In this document: piece after piece, positions 50,401-63,282 of the stretch
Layout of the letters: every line of letters starts with the position of its first letter
How positions within the stretch are numbered: position 1 is the stretch's first letter
From: Acanthaster planci
Taxonomy: Eukaryota
Assembly (NCBI RefSeq): GCF_001949145.1
Contig: NW_019091359.1
Location: 1,195,976 to 1,259,975, forward strand
Length of the DNA: 64,000 nucleotides
Direction: 5' to 3'
Program-made: the position numbers and the translations under genes
The notes under the pieces: generated by a model
What the model was told of the DNA's origin: nothing
The model's database searches: none
The model's input: the letters and a program-made list of their open reading frames with translations, nothing else

Positions 50401-51912
50401 CAATCCCCTCCTGTGGGCCAGAAACGATTAAATTAAATTGGATTACTGTAATTTTTGTCTCTCTTGCATCTTATTTGATGTTTTGGTGGCACTATTGGAC
50501 TAATTACTGCGCTTACAGCTTCAAAAGCAGCTAGTTAAAAACAGTTGAAGCCTGAAACGGAGCAGAAGTTGAGTATTGGAAAACGGCCTAGTCTTCCTAC
50601 ATGAGTTCACAGTAACAGCGCCGTCAGTTGTCCGGGAAACCATGGATAATTTGAATATTTAAAAAGTGTGCACTTTTCAATGCATTGAACCAAATGTGAG
50701 TGTGTAAGAGTTTTCATACATTGACAGATATTTCGGCCTTTCGCGGGTTTTTCTCTCTCAGGGAATATTCATCTTCAGCCTGGTCGACTACTCCGGACCA
50801 AAGTACGGCGATAATTACTACTTCCCAATCAGCGGCGAGATTTTGGGCTGGATGATGTCCCTAGCCTCCATGCAGTGGATCGTCACATACGCCCTCTATC
50901 TGTTCCTCACCAGTCCCGGCACAGTCAAAGAGGTAAATCGTTACAAATTGTGACAAATGTGAATTGTTTCACAAGCTCTGAGACAAGCACTCGGTGTAAG
51001 GGAGAAACCTGTACTTAAAATACTTTTCTCCTTATAAATAGAATGGAACGATAATAATTAATTTGAAGCGAAAAAAAAATGCCCCAGATCTGAACTTGGT
51101 GCTTAATTAATAACTAACCTAACTGAGTGTTAACTTGATGAATGCAACCTATTTCAAGAAAACACAAAACAGTTCATGTTGAGACATGATTCACAAGGTG
51201 ATGTTTTATGTATTGTGTTGCGCCCAACCAACTGCAACATCAGCTTACCAAATTGGCGCCCACCCGGGTTAGGAACGTAGAGTCCGGATTGCGTCTCCGT
51301 TGATGCATTAGAAATTACAACACAAAAATGTGTCACGTGATACATCTTTGGAAGTGGTCTTCTTTTGTCCATCTTCTTGGAAGTGATAATGTACCAGACG
51401 AAGTATTGTCATATAGAGTATATGCAATTACTCTCTTCGAACCAAGTGCGATTTTTACAATTGTGAACAATGTCTTTTCGATATGGCTGCACTCCCCCTT
51501 TATGAAAAAGTTACAAGATCAATGGGCATGGCATTTCGGGGGAAAGGTCATACTTTTGGATTATATCACTCTATGATTGCACGGAATCAGTCGGCTTACT
51601 TCCTTCACGTAATATCCAGTTATAGTCTTGCAGTACATGATGATGAAGAATTCGCCATCTTTTCTCTTGCAGCGGCTACACCTTATGACAACTGCTCGCG
51701 TCTTCCCCAAGGAGAAGGAGAACCCTCTCCCAGACGAGGAATGCAGCGTAGGAGGTAGCTCAGAGTCCTCAGACAAGCACGATCGAGACAGCATCCCTCC
51801 ACATTACAAGAACACGGTAGATGACGAGACTGCCCATGATAACGAGGCATATACCGAGGACAACGGTGACGTACGTAAGGATGTTGGTATAGGGGATAGC
51901 GATGATGAGTAG
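35486..51912 (+). CDS. SLC6 Na+/Cl- dependent GABA transporter (GAT-1-like), paralogue 1; 12 coding exons, 676 aa
   Basis: Exons 35486-35756, 42939-43070, 43782-44049, 44496-44628, 44834-44968, 46165-46268, 46496-46620, 47172-47284, 48758-48892, 49533-49736, 50762-50932, 51673-51912. All junctions are GT-AG; 2031 nt in one frame. Motifs [75 protein letters not shown]. Confidence 0.95.
41880..42057. mobile_element. Palindromic (hairpin) MITE-like element in SLC6 intron 1
   Basis: Two ~80-bp arms (CAATAC..GATTCACAATAGTGC.CCTCCAAGAGTTT.CAACGCT.. and its reverse complement) around a short spacer. Confidence 0.75.
42612..42888 (+). mobile_element. MITE-like repeat family C, ~50 bp upstream of SLC6 exon 2
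   Basis: Homologous to 31695-31942; multiple GGGAGACA/TGTCTCCC motifs in inverted arrangement. Confidence 0.75.
45560..45676 (+). repeat. GACTCG/GACTTG-rich transposon end related to the 12568-13396 element
   Basis: Array of TGACTCG/TGACTTG ending in ...ACCACCTCTG. Confidence 0.5.
47420..48580 (+). mobile_element. Degenerate 3' fragment of a second LINE (CR1/L2 group) in SLC6 intron 8
   Basis: Broken translations [50 protein letters not shown] and HTSLLF.ELGILK, typical of the post-RT region of LINE ORF2. Ends are approximate. Confidence 0.8.
50040..50722 (+). repeat. Dispersed repeat family A, copy in SLC6 intron 10, interrupted by a MITE
   Basis: Similar to 24110-24520 on both sides of 50348-50588. 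Confidence 0.7.
50348..50588. mobile_element. PIF/Harbinger-type MITE (241 bp) nested in repeat family A
   Basis: ~42-bp TIRs GGCCGTTTTCCA.TAC.CAACTTC..CTCCGT.TCAGGCTTC; 3-bp flanks CAG / TAG; the host sequence is continuous across this site in the 24390 copy. Confidence 0.8.
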
Positions 51913-54049
51913 GATTAGCGACTTGAATTGAGGCTATGTAAGGGATCGTGGCAGGGTCACTGACCTATATACCAAGGTCAGTGGGTAGAGTGGGCCTTTT
52001 TGACCAGCCCTGCGATGGAAGGTTTGTATAAGTTTTAAAGGTGTTTCCTCGACTCACTGTGTCTGTAAATATTCACGTTCCAGGCTGCCGTTCTATCAAT
52101 AGTTTAAAATATTTGGCTGCTGCGACATATTTTTAAGCTTTAATCAGGAAAACCAGCTTACGAGCGGAGGCTATGATATCCGACTGCCACTGTTCTCAAT
52201 GTGAGAGCCACACACAGCATGCAGATTTGAGGTAGCTAAATGCCCCTATATATCCTGTACGCGAAGAGATTCTGTCTACAGCATGGCTTCCTTTGTGGAA
52301 AGCCTCTTGCATACGACAGCTGGTCAGACTGATTGACTCTTTATCCTTCCTTCAGATTTGATCCTTCCTCCAACATTGCTGTCTGTGATGGTCCATAACT
52401 TATGAGTTTTTCTTCATGACTATCAATTGGAATGAACTCTTCGTGTGACAGAATCCAAAGTTCTAGTGAGATCATTCTATTGGCTGCACTTTCATAGACT
52501 TCCTTCCAGCGTCTTTGTTTTAGTTTAAATAAAATAACTTGAAAAAAATATTATTTCGTTTCCTATGTGCTGGGTGTTATGCTCTAATTAAGTGTCCAAA
52601 TGAACTTTATTAAAGTATTTTTAAAAGAAATTATAACCTAAAGAACATACCCGAACAGTAAACTTTTCTATACAAATTCTTCGATTCTAAGCTTCATGTA
52701 TAAGTTGTTCTCTTCAATGGTGGTAGATTTTTTTCCGAGTGTCCAACCTGATAAAGTATTTTTGGTCGTATCAAGATTGTAGTGTTACACACTTTCGACT
52801 TCTATTCGCCCACACAATGTGATGAGTTGTAAAGGTCAGCCGCTGATACGTATCACAGTCATTATACGTGCATTGCACGACGGGACAGCATCCAAACGCT
52901 TCATCGGCAACGTACTTAAACTTGAACAGGTACTTAAATTGTTTACTTCGGTATTGGGAGCAGTTGATGCACTGCCAACAACTGAGTGTCGAGTTAACAC
53001 CATGTGGTATTTACACTAAACCAATGCATTATATCAGCGAGATATACTGTGAAGTCTGCCTTATTTTGCACACGTCATTTCTTCCAATATATTGTCTGTG
53101 TGGGAACAAATACCTAGTTGGGAACAGATTCTTAAATAGTCATCTCCAGTCGACCACTTTATTGATATTTATAGGCATTAAATACCTCTTTAAGGCTCTT
53201 CTCAATGAATTATTCGCCGTGGTTGGCACCTTATCCATACATGCACCACCTGTGCTAATTTTCTGGTAAATAGGTTTGTGCATTTGAGTATTTTTCGCTT
53301 TTCGAGCATGTTTTATTTTAAAACTTGTATATATAAATCCGTCATCAACTTTTATTCCGACGTACGCATAAAGATCTGAAATCGACTTAGACGTCAGCTG
53401 CACACAACAACTCGATCAATCAACCAAATCTTTTTATTTGTTTGTTTGAAAACAACAGTACAGATGACGTTGAATATTCCGTGTATTTTACTGCATCTAA
53501 AAAAAATTCTACCTCAATAGTAATCTGTAATACCAACTTATTAGCAACTAGCACCTGCTAGTGTATTTGCTCACAGTAGTTTTATCGTAGAATGACACAT
53601 ATCCAGTCCACAAAAGGGACTTTCCCGGGGATCGTTTGGCATAAGTATCTTAAATGTTTGCATGGCATGGGTAGGGCAAAATCATGCTTGAGGCCAATAT
53701 GCCCACAGTAATCACCAAGGTTTCACAATGAGTCGTTTCTTGCTAAGTATGTCTCAGTAACCATGGCATGGTATTATAAACTGTTGACCGGCCACTTTGA
53801 CGCGTTTACTTTTGTTTACCTCTAGCCGGAACACAATACACTTATGTGGCTTCCTCTGAAATCACAGTCGTCGCAGTGTTAGTCGACCATTGATGGTTTT
53901 TATTCACCCATGCACGTCTTTTGATTGTGTGGAAACAAGCACCTTTTATGTTTTCTCTTCGAAAAAGTAATATGTATAAACGGTAACAGATCCATATATT
54001 TATCTATGCATTTGTATTCGTTTGTGCTATACGGAGGTCGTGGATGTAT

Positions 54050-54342
54050 CACTGTAAACAAAATTTAGTCATTTTGACTAATAAAAGTTTAGTCCAGCTC
54101 TGTCTAAAATGACCAATTTAAATTAGTCAGAAAGGCCAATGACCAATTTAAATTAGTCAGAAAGGCCAATGACTAATTTAAATTAGTCAGACGGGCCTAT
54201 GAATAACATTTATTCGTCAAAAATAAGTCAAATTTGACCAAAGTCAAGCACTGCTGACTACATATTAGTCCCATCTTGATTTAATAAGTCATCGAGACCG
54301 GAAGTATTTTGAGCACGAAATGAATAACTTCTGTTTACAGTG
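54050..54342. mobile_element. CACTG-ended (EnSpm/CACTA-like) MITE with an internal 30-bp tandem array
   Basis: TIR CACTGTAAACA / TGTTTACAGTG; three 30-bp units AATGACCAATTTAAATTAGTCAGAAAGGCC at 54108-54197; many TAGTCA/TGACTA motifs. Confidence 0.75.
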
Positions 54343-56847
54343 TAGCAAAATTGTTAAAATGTGTCAAACCCTCCGCCCTATAATGATAGCTGGATACAAA
54401 TGGTTCTAATGGCTGTAGATAGTTGGTTGTTAAATCAAAAATTCAATTAAATTAAAATAATGAAGATCACCAAAGTGCAAACCTACTGTGCTAGTGATTA
54501 AGACATGGGTTATCAAGTATACCAAATTGTCAGGTCTGACTTGTTGCAAGAACATCCTCTGCCTTTTGAATTGAGGATTGTGCTTGGCAAGAAGAACAAG
54601 AATATCAGTCCTTTGGGCCTTTTAAAATATTGTCCAAATCGGACCTGTTTCTTTTCATAATTCTTATTCCAGAAACAAAAGTTGATGATTTGGATACCAC
54701 TCAAAGCAGCTTCCGTGTAAATATTTCAATTTAGATCCTATTAACAGTATTAATAAAGAAAAATCGCACAAGATTATGAGAAAAGCACTGTCAAATAAAA
54801 GGTAAACAGATAATCTTCAACACAAACAATGTTTGATGCTCTTGGGTGTTGTTTCTTCTGACAGAGGTGAGAGTTAATTTTCGCCATGCCTTCGCAAAAG
54901 CATAGCATCTTTTTTACCATATCAGCTTGGGGGTAATAATCTGTGTCCTTACCAGGCTTAAAGGGCCATAAGATTGTTAATTTTTGAAAGAAATACTGAT
55001 GTTGTTGGGCATTTCCGGTTGATGCTTGCTGCCTCGAAGGGAACACGCGTCACACGTACACAAATGTGTCTTGCCAACCCCACCCCCCTTTAAAATGGCG
55101 ACGCCAGTGTTTATAATATTCAACCTCATATTGCAACCTTTGGACAGACAGAATAAATATTTAACTCACAGATGATTTGAATGCTGGCGATCTTTAGTTT
55201 TGAGTCTGCATTTTACCCTTAGCAGAAATCTACATCTAGAAGTTCAACTCATATAGGCTGCGTTCGGGCGGCTTGTTCTCGTATTATTCACGAATTTGCT
55301 TTGTTGGTGGGTCGGCCGCTCAAACGCCGGGAACGTACAACTTGGTTATCGTTAGCAGTCGTGGCAAGCATCATGCAACATGGCGGCGTCTTTGTGCATT
55401 CTTCGAGAGTTTTTTTGGGGGGGGGATAATTGGGCTAATTTCTTTTCCATTAAAATGAATTATTTCGGTCACAGAAGATTCTTAGTGTTAATGTTTCAAA
55501 ACTTTCCATTGTGTCCTGCTTTGTAAGCCATCTCGGTAGTTCTTGCGACTGTTTAAAAATAAAATCTCACGAGTTTTTCTGTGTGTTCGTGTAAACCGCT
55601 GACGATCAAGGAGGTGATGTGTGATCCTGTTCCGAGAACAGTGTTCTTGGGTCGTGTTCCGGCTGTTCGAGCGCGAAACCACGAAACCAAGTTGTCAAGA
55701 ACATGCTGCCGAACTCGACCCACGTAAGGCCAAGCTTATCATAGTATTAAGCACGTAGTTCTGCAGAGGGCGCCCTATATACAGTGGGCTGTTGCCATTC
55801 GGCAAAAAATTTCTCCTTCAGGGTTGAATCAGGAGTCATTGCCATTTATAGCATTTAGTAAAACAAAATCAGTCTTGTGACCCCCACCCTATTCAGGAAA
55901 GTGTCGACTATTTCACAGAATGTACAATTACCTGTACATTGACTTGATAGACACAGAAATCACTGTCGTGACATTAAATTATTGGTAATTATAAACATTC
56001 TAAACAGCTGAGTACACAGTTGTTGAAGTTCTAAACATGCTCACTCTGAATTTGCCGATTTCTGAGCTAATATCGTACTTTGTTTTATTTCGGTGGCGAT
56101 TATAGATTTTCATTTAAATTTAAACATTTCTTTAATTTCTCTTATATTTTTAAATTGAAATGTTCATTTTTAGTACTCCTTCCGTTTTATTTCATTTCAT
56201 CATTTTTTGTCATTTACACTCAGTATATTCATATTTTAATTTCAACGTATAATATTTATAAAGTTTCTTTTGTGTTCTATTTTCTTAATTCGCATGTAGT
56301 CAATTTACTTTCAGTGTAACCTCAGTTTTTAATTCCTCTTTTGCTATGAACGTAAAAGTTGTTTTTAGTTGACTATAACAATAACAATTCATGGATGACG
56401 GTACAGAACGGAGAAGTTGTTTAGAGACTTTATCAGATGATATTCCAAATGCATGTTTTTCCAAACGAAATTGTTTCCTATTGTGGCCGAGGGATTTTGA
56501 TGAGTAGTTCCAAAGTTGAAAATGTGGGTCTCCTTTGAAGAGAATAAAATGTGGTTACCAAAGTAGCGCTGTTCGCCAAACTTGCACCCTGTACTAAAGT
56601 CCCAAACGCCGTACAGTCTTGTCGATAGTATTTGACGGCTTGAATCTGGCACATTTCTGCACTGCAGCTAACTTACACACTATAAATCCAGTTGGACTGT
56701 GTGTGCCCTGTGACGATTCACTGATGATGCTGGTTGTCGACTGCATGTGTTTCTGTGTGTCACTCTTGATATGCATGCATCGGGTTTGTGAATGAAAAAA
56801 AGATCTTAGTTGCGCACCCAGCGAAGAAGGGTACAATTAACAAGCTT

Positions 56848-57124
56848 CTTTTTGTTTTGTTTTAATGGCGCTTTCAACAACTCAGGCTATAGTTGCGCCA
56901 ATAACTGTACGTTTAGGCCTATTCATACATTTGATTAATCAGCATCACATGATTACGGAGTCCAGTTTTAGAGGCAGGAGGAACCCGGAGTGCCTGAAGA
57001 AAACCCGCGAGAGCAAGTATAGACTGGAAACCAAATGCACTTAGAGCTTGGGCCAAGCCGGGACTCGAACCCGGGCCTCATTGGTGCAAAGCGAGGAAAG
57101 AACCGCTACGCTAACCCCCTCCTC
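56848..57124 (-). mobile_element. tRNA-derived SINE with a V-domain-like core
   Basis: A box TAGCGTAGCGG, B box GGTTCGAGTCC, core GCGGGTTTTCTTCAGGCACTCCGGGTTCCTCC, (AAAAC)n tail, and TSD-like flanks ATTAACAAGCTT (56836-56847) / ATTAACAGCTT (57125-57135). Confidence 0.82.
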
Positions 57125-58287
57125 ATTAACAGCTTGGACCAGGAGTAAAGCTTTTATGTGCACGGAGATGTACATGGCTGGCTACACTGCTGGATAGTGG
57201 ATCGAATTTATCTCACGGCTCAAAGCAGTAGTAGGCCCAAAGCCTTTTGGTTCTCTTGTACAATGGCCATTAAGTGAAGCATGGAGCTATAAAAAAAGGG
57301 ACGGACGTAAGTCGGAATTCGCATCCGGGCTCGTTCGAATCAAAGAATCTCCATTTTCTTCGTTACTCCTCAAACGCCATGATTTTTACTTAGTGTTTTG
57401 ACACTTTTATAAGATTTTATTTATATTGTTTGGACTTGCTGTTTTGGTTTTATACTCCAGCAAGCAAGGAAAGGCTAATTTATAGCATCATACTAATAGC
57501 ACGCCATCGTCAAACAAAAGTTGTATGGGCAAAATGTGTGGCGCCACCAACCGTGTGAACAAAAATTCTCTATACACCCCACAAGACACAGTCATAAACT
57601 CCTTGGATAGAATTCAAGATTTTTTCTTGCCTTTTTCAGGAGAACTTCGTGGGAAATATTTTATGTTGTGGTCTAATGAACATCAAGTCACAGCTGACAA
57701 CTTTCCTCCATACAGAATCATGCGACGAATTTAGCACTTGCGAGTTGCCCGTAGTTTCATCACCTTACCACTAAGTTTCAACCTCAACCATAAATCTAGA
57801 AAACGTGATGTCTCGTAAGACCCAAAAATCCTCTTACATCTCCCGAGAGGACATTCACCGACGCCGCACAACCTCCACCCTCTGGCATGGTGACCGAAAT
57901 GAGGAATTTCTGACCCCACGCGAGCTGGATTCTGTTCAAGGCCTAACCCAGTCGACCCTGGGGTTAATAATGTAAACTATTGCTACTCTGAACACGAGGA
58001 AGTCACTTCGACTGACGTGCTTACACTGCGGCATGTGTGACGTGCCGGCTGTTTCCATGCGCGTGCATGCGGGTCCTCCCTGTTCGTCGCTTACTTGGGC
58101 TGTTGCGATGACGCAACCTATTGTCTTTAACAACTCGCTGCCCCTACCTGAAAGACACAACAGTATTTCGCTAGAAACCTGCCTAACTCCTCATCAAGAA
58201 ATATGACGGAATTCCAGAGTTTCCACTTCTGGGTCAGATGCTGAAATTGGGGCACCATCCTTTGCAAGGCCGAGTGCAGTGATTGAA

Positions 58288-61200
58288 ATGGAAAAATACT
58301 CCGTGGGAAGCCGAAAGGCGCTGGAAAATGTCGACGGCCTAGGAACGGGCACTCTTCCCCCGTTGGAAGAACAGACGGGAATGACCATCGCATCGGGAGC
58401 TGACGGCGAACCGTCCAGCTACGAAAACATGGTGGAAGTGAACGGCGCCATTGAGGTCATTAGCAAAGGCGCAACCTTTGATGCCGACAGGGAGGATGCT
58501 GATAAGGACCGCTGCGATTGCGAGGAGGAAGAGGAAGAGGTCCGGAGGGAAGGATGGGGAAATAAAGTAGACTTTATCATGGCATGCATCGGCTACGCGG
58601 TGGGCTTAGGAAATGTCTGGAGATTCCCCTATCTCTGCTACAAAAATGGAGGAGGTAAATCAATCTTTGGCTCTTCTTGCCATTATTGAAAAAAATTGTC
58701 ACTGGAAGACTATGGAATGCTTGTTATCTGTCTTCCTAATTGGTACGATATGTGACGAAGAATACGAGGAAAAATGCATGTGCTGTTGAAACCAATATCT
58801 TCTTTATGAAATGTCTGCTAGTGGTTTTGGCTCCAAATATTTCATCACTTAAGAGATAACCTTAGTGGCCCCCACTTGAATGTGTATGTTGCGAAAACAT
58901 ACCCACACCTAGCACATATCATGTGCCGAGAGGGCATGAACCCACTTTTGATTAGTCCTGTGAAAATGTCCCGTGTGAGACTACAAAACTATGTCCTACT
59001 CCACTCCTCCTGGCCGACATTTTTAGCTGGTGTTGGAAAAACAGGTTGCTGATCGAGAAAGGGTCACCATTTTTAATGTAATGCAAGTTATAAGGAGGCT
59101 GAGTGTTGCCGTACACAGAATGGTAGTATCAAGGGGGATGTAAGCTATCGTCAGCTTCTGACAGATGGCCGACCAGGCTCATCGTATTCCTTGGGTTCAC
59201 TGACCGGCATTTGCCCGTCTGTTTTTGAAGTATTAGCATTTAACTTGGGTACAGGTGTGTTAGGGTGTGTGTGGATCTGTTCGTCACACTGGCAGGTTTC
59301 AACAAGTGGTAAACTGTAAAATATTAATATCAGATAGGGAATACTCGTCGAGTCTGGATTCGGTTACCAAGCACTAACCTCAGATTTGGGGTTCTCTGCT
59401 CTTTATATGATTATGAACCTTTGTATTTATTATTAGTCGGTTTTTTTGCTAAGCAGTGACGTAACGTAAGGAAGGGAGAAAGGGGGAGGGGCAAATATTC
59501 CCATGGCTACGTAGCTAGGTCAGGGGCGGTCAAAAGGGCGGCAAGAGTCCCCATGGGGTACAGTTTCCCCCTCCCCGTTGGCTACATAACGTTGCTAAGA
59601 GACGGAGAATAAAAAAATTGTCCAACATAAAAATTTAAAAAAAGTCTGTGGCATGTCAGCACGTACTCAAAGCGTGAAATGGTCACACTTTGGCCCACGA
59701 ATCTTCATAAACAAAACAGAAAGCTCTTTAGTACGAAAGTCCATCAGTGCCATTAAACTCAAAACTTTTTTCTATATTCTAAGTTCGTTTATTCCAAGAT
59801 TTTGCAAGAAACAATTTTTAAAAAAATGATTTTGGGGAGAAAAAGACTTCTTTCAAGACATGTTTTTCAAGTTCATTTTATACGAAGTATACTTTTTCAA
59901 ACTTCATTTTCACGAGGTCGTCCTTTCTCGCTGAAAGATCAGAAGCCCTCAAAGCCCGTGTTACAGAATGATGTTATGATATTGTGATCTGACAACAATA
60001 AAACTATGATTTCATCGTAACTAAGGCCTTAATTGAAAACGAACGAGTTCTTTTTAGAGCATGACTGTGCAAACCTATAAAACGTGACAGTGTGCCTCGT
60101 AAAAACGAACTTGGAAAAACTGTATTTAACTTTTTTGAAATGTACACCCCCATGGCACTGGTGGGTTGTTGTACTCAGCGATTTCCTACAGGGAATGCAA
60201 ATTGAAAACAAAGGCAATCCTCGGAGATACAAGTTATAAACTTCTTCTTTCTTGTTAACTCCTTTTAAAGGCTCTGTACTTTTCAGCCATTTAGGTCACA
60301 TTTAGTTTTCTAACGGAATTCTATTCCAGAGGTCACTACTTTTAAAATTTATGGTTTGTCAATTTAGGCGCTTTCCTGGTGCCATATTTCATCTCGCTGG
60401 TAGCCTGCGGGGTACCAATGTTCTTCATGGAAGTGTCGCTAGGCCAGCTCATGCAGACGGGCGGCATCGGCACCTGGGACGTCTTTCCCGCGCTCAAAGG
60501 TATGGCTTGTTTTATAGGCCAGACGGCCTGCTTTGACGCACTGGCAGGTCGACTGCACCAGTTAAAGTCGTTCTGGGGGCCCAAGTAAGTAGGCCTACTG
60601 CAATGATTTTGTCCCGTCCGGGGCTCAGAAAAGATGTTGCAAAAGTTCTGGGGGCCTACATCGTTCTCCGTACACGTACACCGTTTTCAAACTTAGAAAA
60701 GCGGTATAACACAACTCCACCCGTAGACGGTGGTTTCTTAAATGAACCCTGTCAGGTTAAGTAAATTTAGCTGCAAAACAATTGTGGCACTTTATAAAGC
60801 TATGATGAATATTCTGCAGAATTTTCATTTCATTTTTCCAACTCAGGCGTTGGACTTGCGGCCGCGAACATAGCCGCTATGCTGAACATCTATTACATCG
60901 TCATCTGCGCCTGGTCGATCTTCTATTTTTTCGCCTCCTTCAGCAGCCCCCTTCCTTGGCGCAGTTGCCGAAACGACTGGAACAACGTCTACTGTCTAGA
61001 CAGGGAACTCCAGGATAATCTGACGGTGGAGGCCAGGAATGAGTCTTTTCTGACCACAAATGGATCCCTTCTGCACCGAAACCTGTCCGAATCACCAGCG
61101 CAACAGTATTGGGAGTACGTTAGGGCATTAGACTTGTTGAAAAAGATCACATGATTTAAAATAAAACAAACTGACGCTGAATGCTACATCTGCTATCACG

Positions 61201-62868
61201 CAAAATTGCTTAAATATAAGGAAAATTGACGGTAAAAAGTTCCCAAGATTCGAGGCAAATTTGGTGTTTAAATGTGTACTGAATAACACATGATTTAACT
61301 TTAGCGATGATTACAACTTTCCGCTGTAAACACGAGATTCGATGTCTCCAATAATACATGTAGTTTGGATTATCTAATGGAAATCCACGAGGTTTTCCAG
61401 ACATTAGGAAAGCAGGAGGCTTATTTTTTCTTGCAACACCCCCTTCCACAGTAAACCTGTGATGCTATAGTGCTACAGTCGCCATTTATCAAGAGAAATT
61501 GCGTGTTTATGCCTTACATTGGCCACAATGTGGCCATTTTCATGTAGGGATAGTCAACCCACTTCGATGCCGAATTTTCATTCAATTTCAAAGCGTTTGT
61601 CAACAGATCTCGGTAACTATTTCCACCACCGTTTCCGACAGACGCAGGGTACTGAGCGTTTCGACCGGTATGAACGTCGTGGGCAGCGTGCGGTGGGAGC
61701 TGGTGGGCTGCGTAGGGCTAGCCTGGGTCTTGACGTTCCTCTGCATCTGGCGCGGAGTCAAGACAACGGGAAAGGTTTGGATCTCAATGGCAGAAGATTG
61801 AAATGTTGCCAAAGAAGGGAGGAAGCCGTAATTGGCTGAATCAGTCACTCTACCACAGGGGAGAAGAGAAGTCTATTGTCTTAAAAGAATGACATATCAC
61901 TTTGAATTCGATTCAAGGAAGGAAAAAGCCTGTTTTGTTGAGCGAAACTCGTTTACTAACATTACTTGACCATTTCCTTTGTAAAGTGTTTCACTCCATC
62001 TTTACTGCGATTCCATAGTTCCATTATTTGAAACGAAGAAAGAAAAAATCACTTTTTGTTTTAAAACAGAGGTGTCGATTATTCATGTCTATGCTGTCAT
62101 GCGCAGTGCCAGTGATCCAGCTGAGCAGCAGTATAGTTTTTCAATGTTCCTGTTTTCTTTTTACTCTGACAATAGGCATGGAAAGTATATTTATCCAGCC
62201 CCAAAAGTAAGTTTGAATTAATCTTTAATGGCCGCGTCTGGTTTTATCGAGTACAGATCGTCTGGTTCACCGCCCTAGTCCCGTATGTGATCCTGCTCAT
62301 TCTCCTAATAAACGGTTTACTGTTGGAAGGTTCAATGGACGGGCTTCGCTTTTACGTCACGCCCACGTTTGACAAACTTGGAGAACCTACGGTAAAATTT
62401 GGACGGTGTGATTAGATAATAGGTCTTATGTACAAACATTTATAGGCATTAGTACATCAATTGCAAGCGTCGTTGGGAAAAATTTTGATTGGAAAGGACG
62501 TTTTAACGATCGACGTTATGACGTCTTGGTGTCTTTTGCTTGTTGAACTGCATAGTTCTACGATTACATCCAATAGTAAAGTATGGTTCCAATGTTGTTT
62601 GTAAGTGTCTGTTTTTACAAAACACTATAGCGCAGAGTAGAGTCTAATCATAATGTGTGCAATATGACAACCATGCTTACAGGGGTCCAATTAGCATGTC
62701 CGATCAAAATTGATGTACGCAATAATGAAAGCTTTAACTGAAAGTGGCTCTTTTTATTGAGCAGGTATGGGTTGATGCTGCCACACAGATCTTCTTTTCC
62801 TATGGCGTCGGCATCGGCTCGCTGATTTCTCTCGGTAGCTACAATCCTTACAGGAACAACTGCTTTTT
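58288..62868 (+). CDS. SLC6 GABA transporter (GAT-1-like), paralogue 2; first 6 coding exons, continues beyond the window
   Basis: Exons 58288-58654, 60368-60499, 60847-61114, 61642-61774, 62257-62391, 62765-62868. Exons 2-6 have the same sizes (132/268/133/135/104) and phases as in paralogue 1. The window ends on a pyrimidine tract plus AG (63999-64000), probably the exon-7 acceptor. Confidence 0.93.
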
Positions 62869-63081
62869 GTAAGTGATAAATCGTTGGGTTAGATCATACT
62901 CGTTTAATTGTCCCGATCTAAAATGGCATCCCTTGGTACCCAGCGTGGCTTTCCCCATGGCATCAGATTTGACAGCGTCTATATATGGATGCTCTCGACC
63001 ATTAGGGCGGTGAGTTTTCGAAATTTTTTGCAATGATCGAACGACCCATATGCTCATTGTCGGCGGACCGGACAAAATAAA

Positions 63082-63282
63082 CACAGCGTAACTAGGATTT
63101 TACTGGGGGGCACAAAAGGGGCTCTAGCATCGTTTGGGGCACCAGCTTCCAGTGGTGCAGTTTTTGAGGGGCAAGCTTTGGTGGCTTTGTGCAATATCCA
63201 GTCATCCGTTTTTATTGGGGGGGGGGCACAAGGAATTTATGGGGGCACGTGCCCCAAGCCCCCCCCCCCAGCTACGTTACTG
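63082..63282. mobile_element. G/C-run-rich hAT-like MITE in SLC6 paralogue 2 intron 6
   Basis: Imperfect TIRs CACAGCGTAACTAG / CAGCTACGTTACTG with repeated GGGGGCAC motifs inside. Confidence 0.5.

Noticed and set aside
53509..53516. let-7 8-mer seed match (CTACCTCA) downstream of SLC6 paralogue 1
   Set aside because: A single short match; the 3' UTR extent is unknown and an earlier AATAAA exists near 52528.
54108..54197. CRISPR-like 30-bp repeats
   Set aside because: Head-to-tail units with no spacers, inside a MITE, in a eukaryotic genome with no cas genes.
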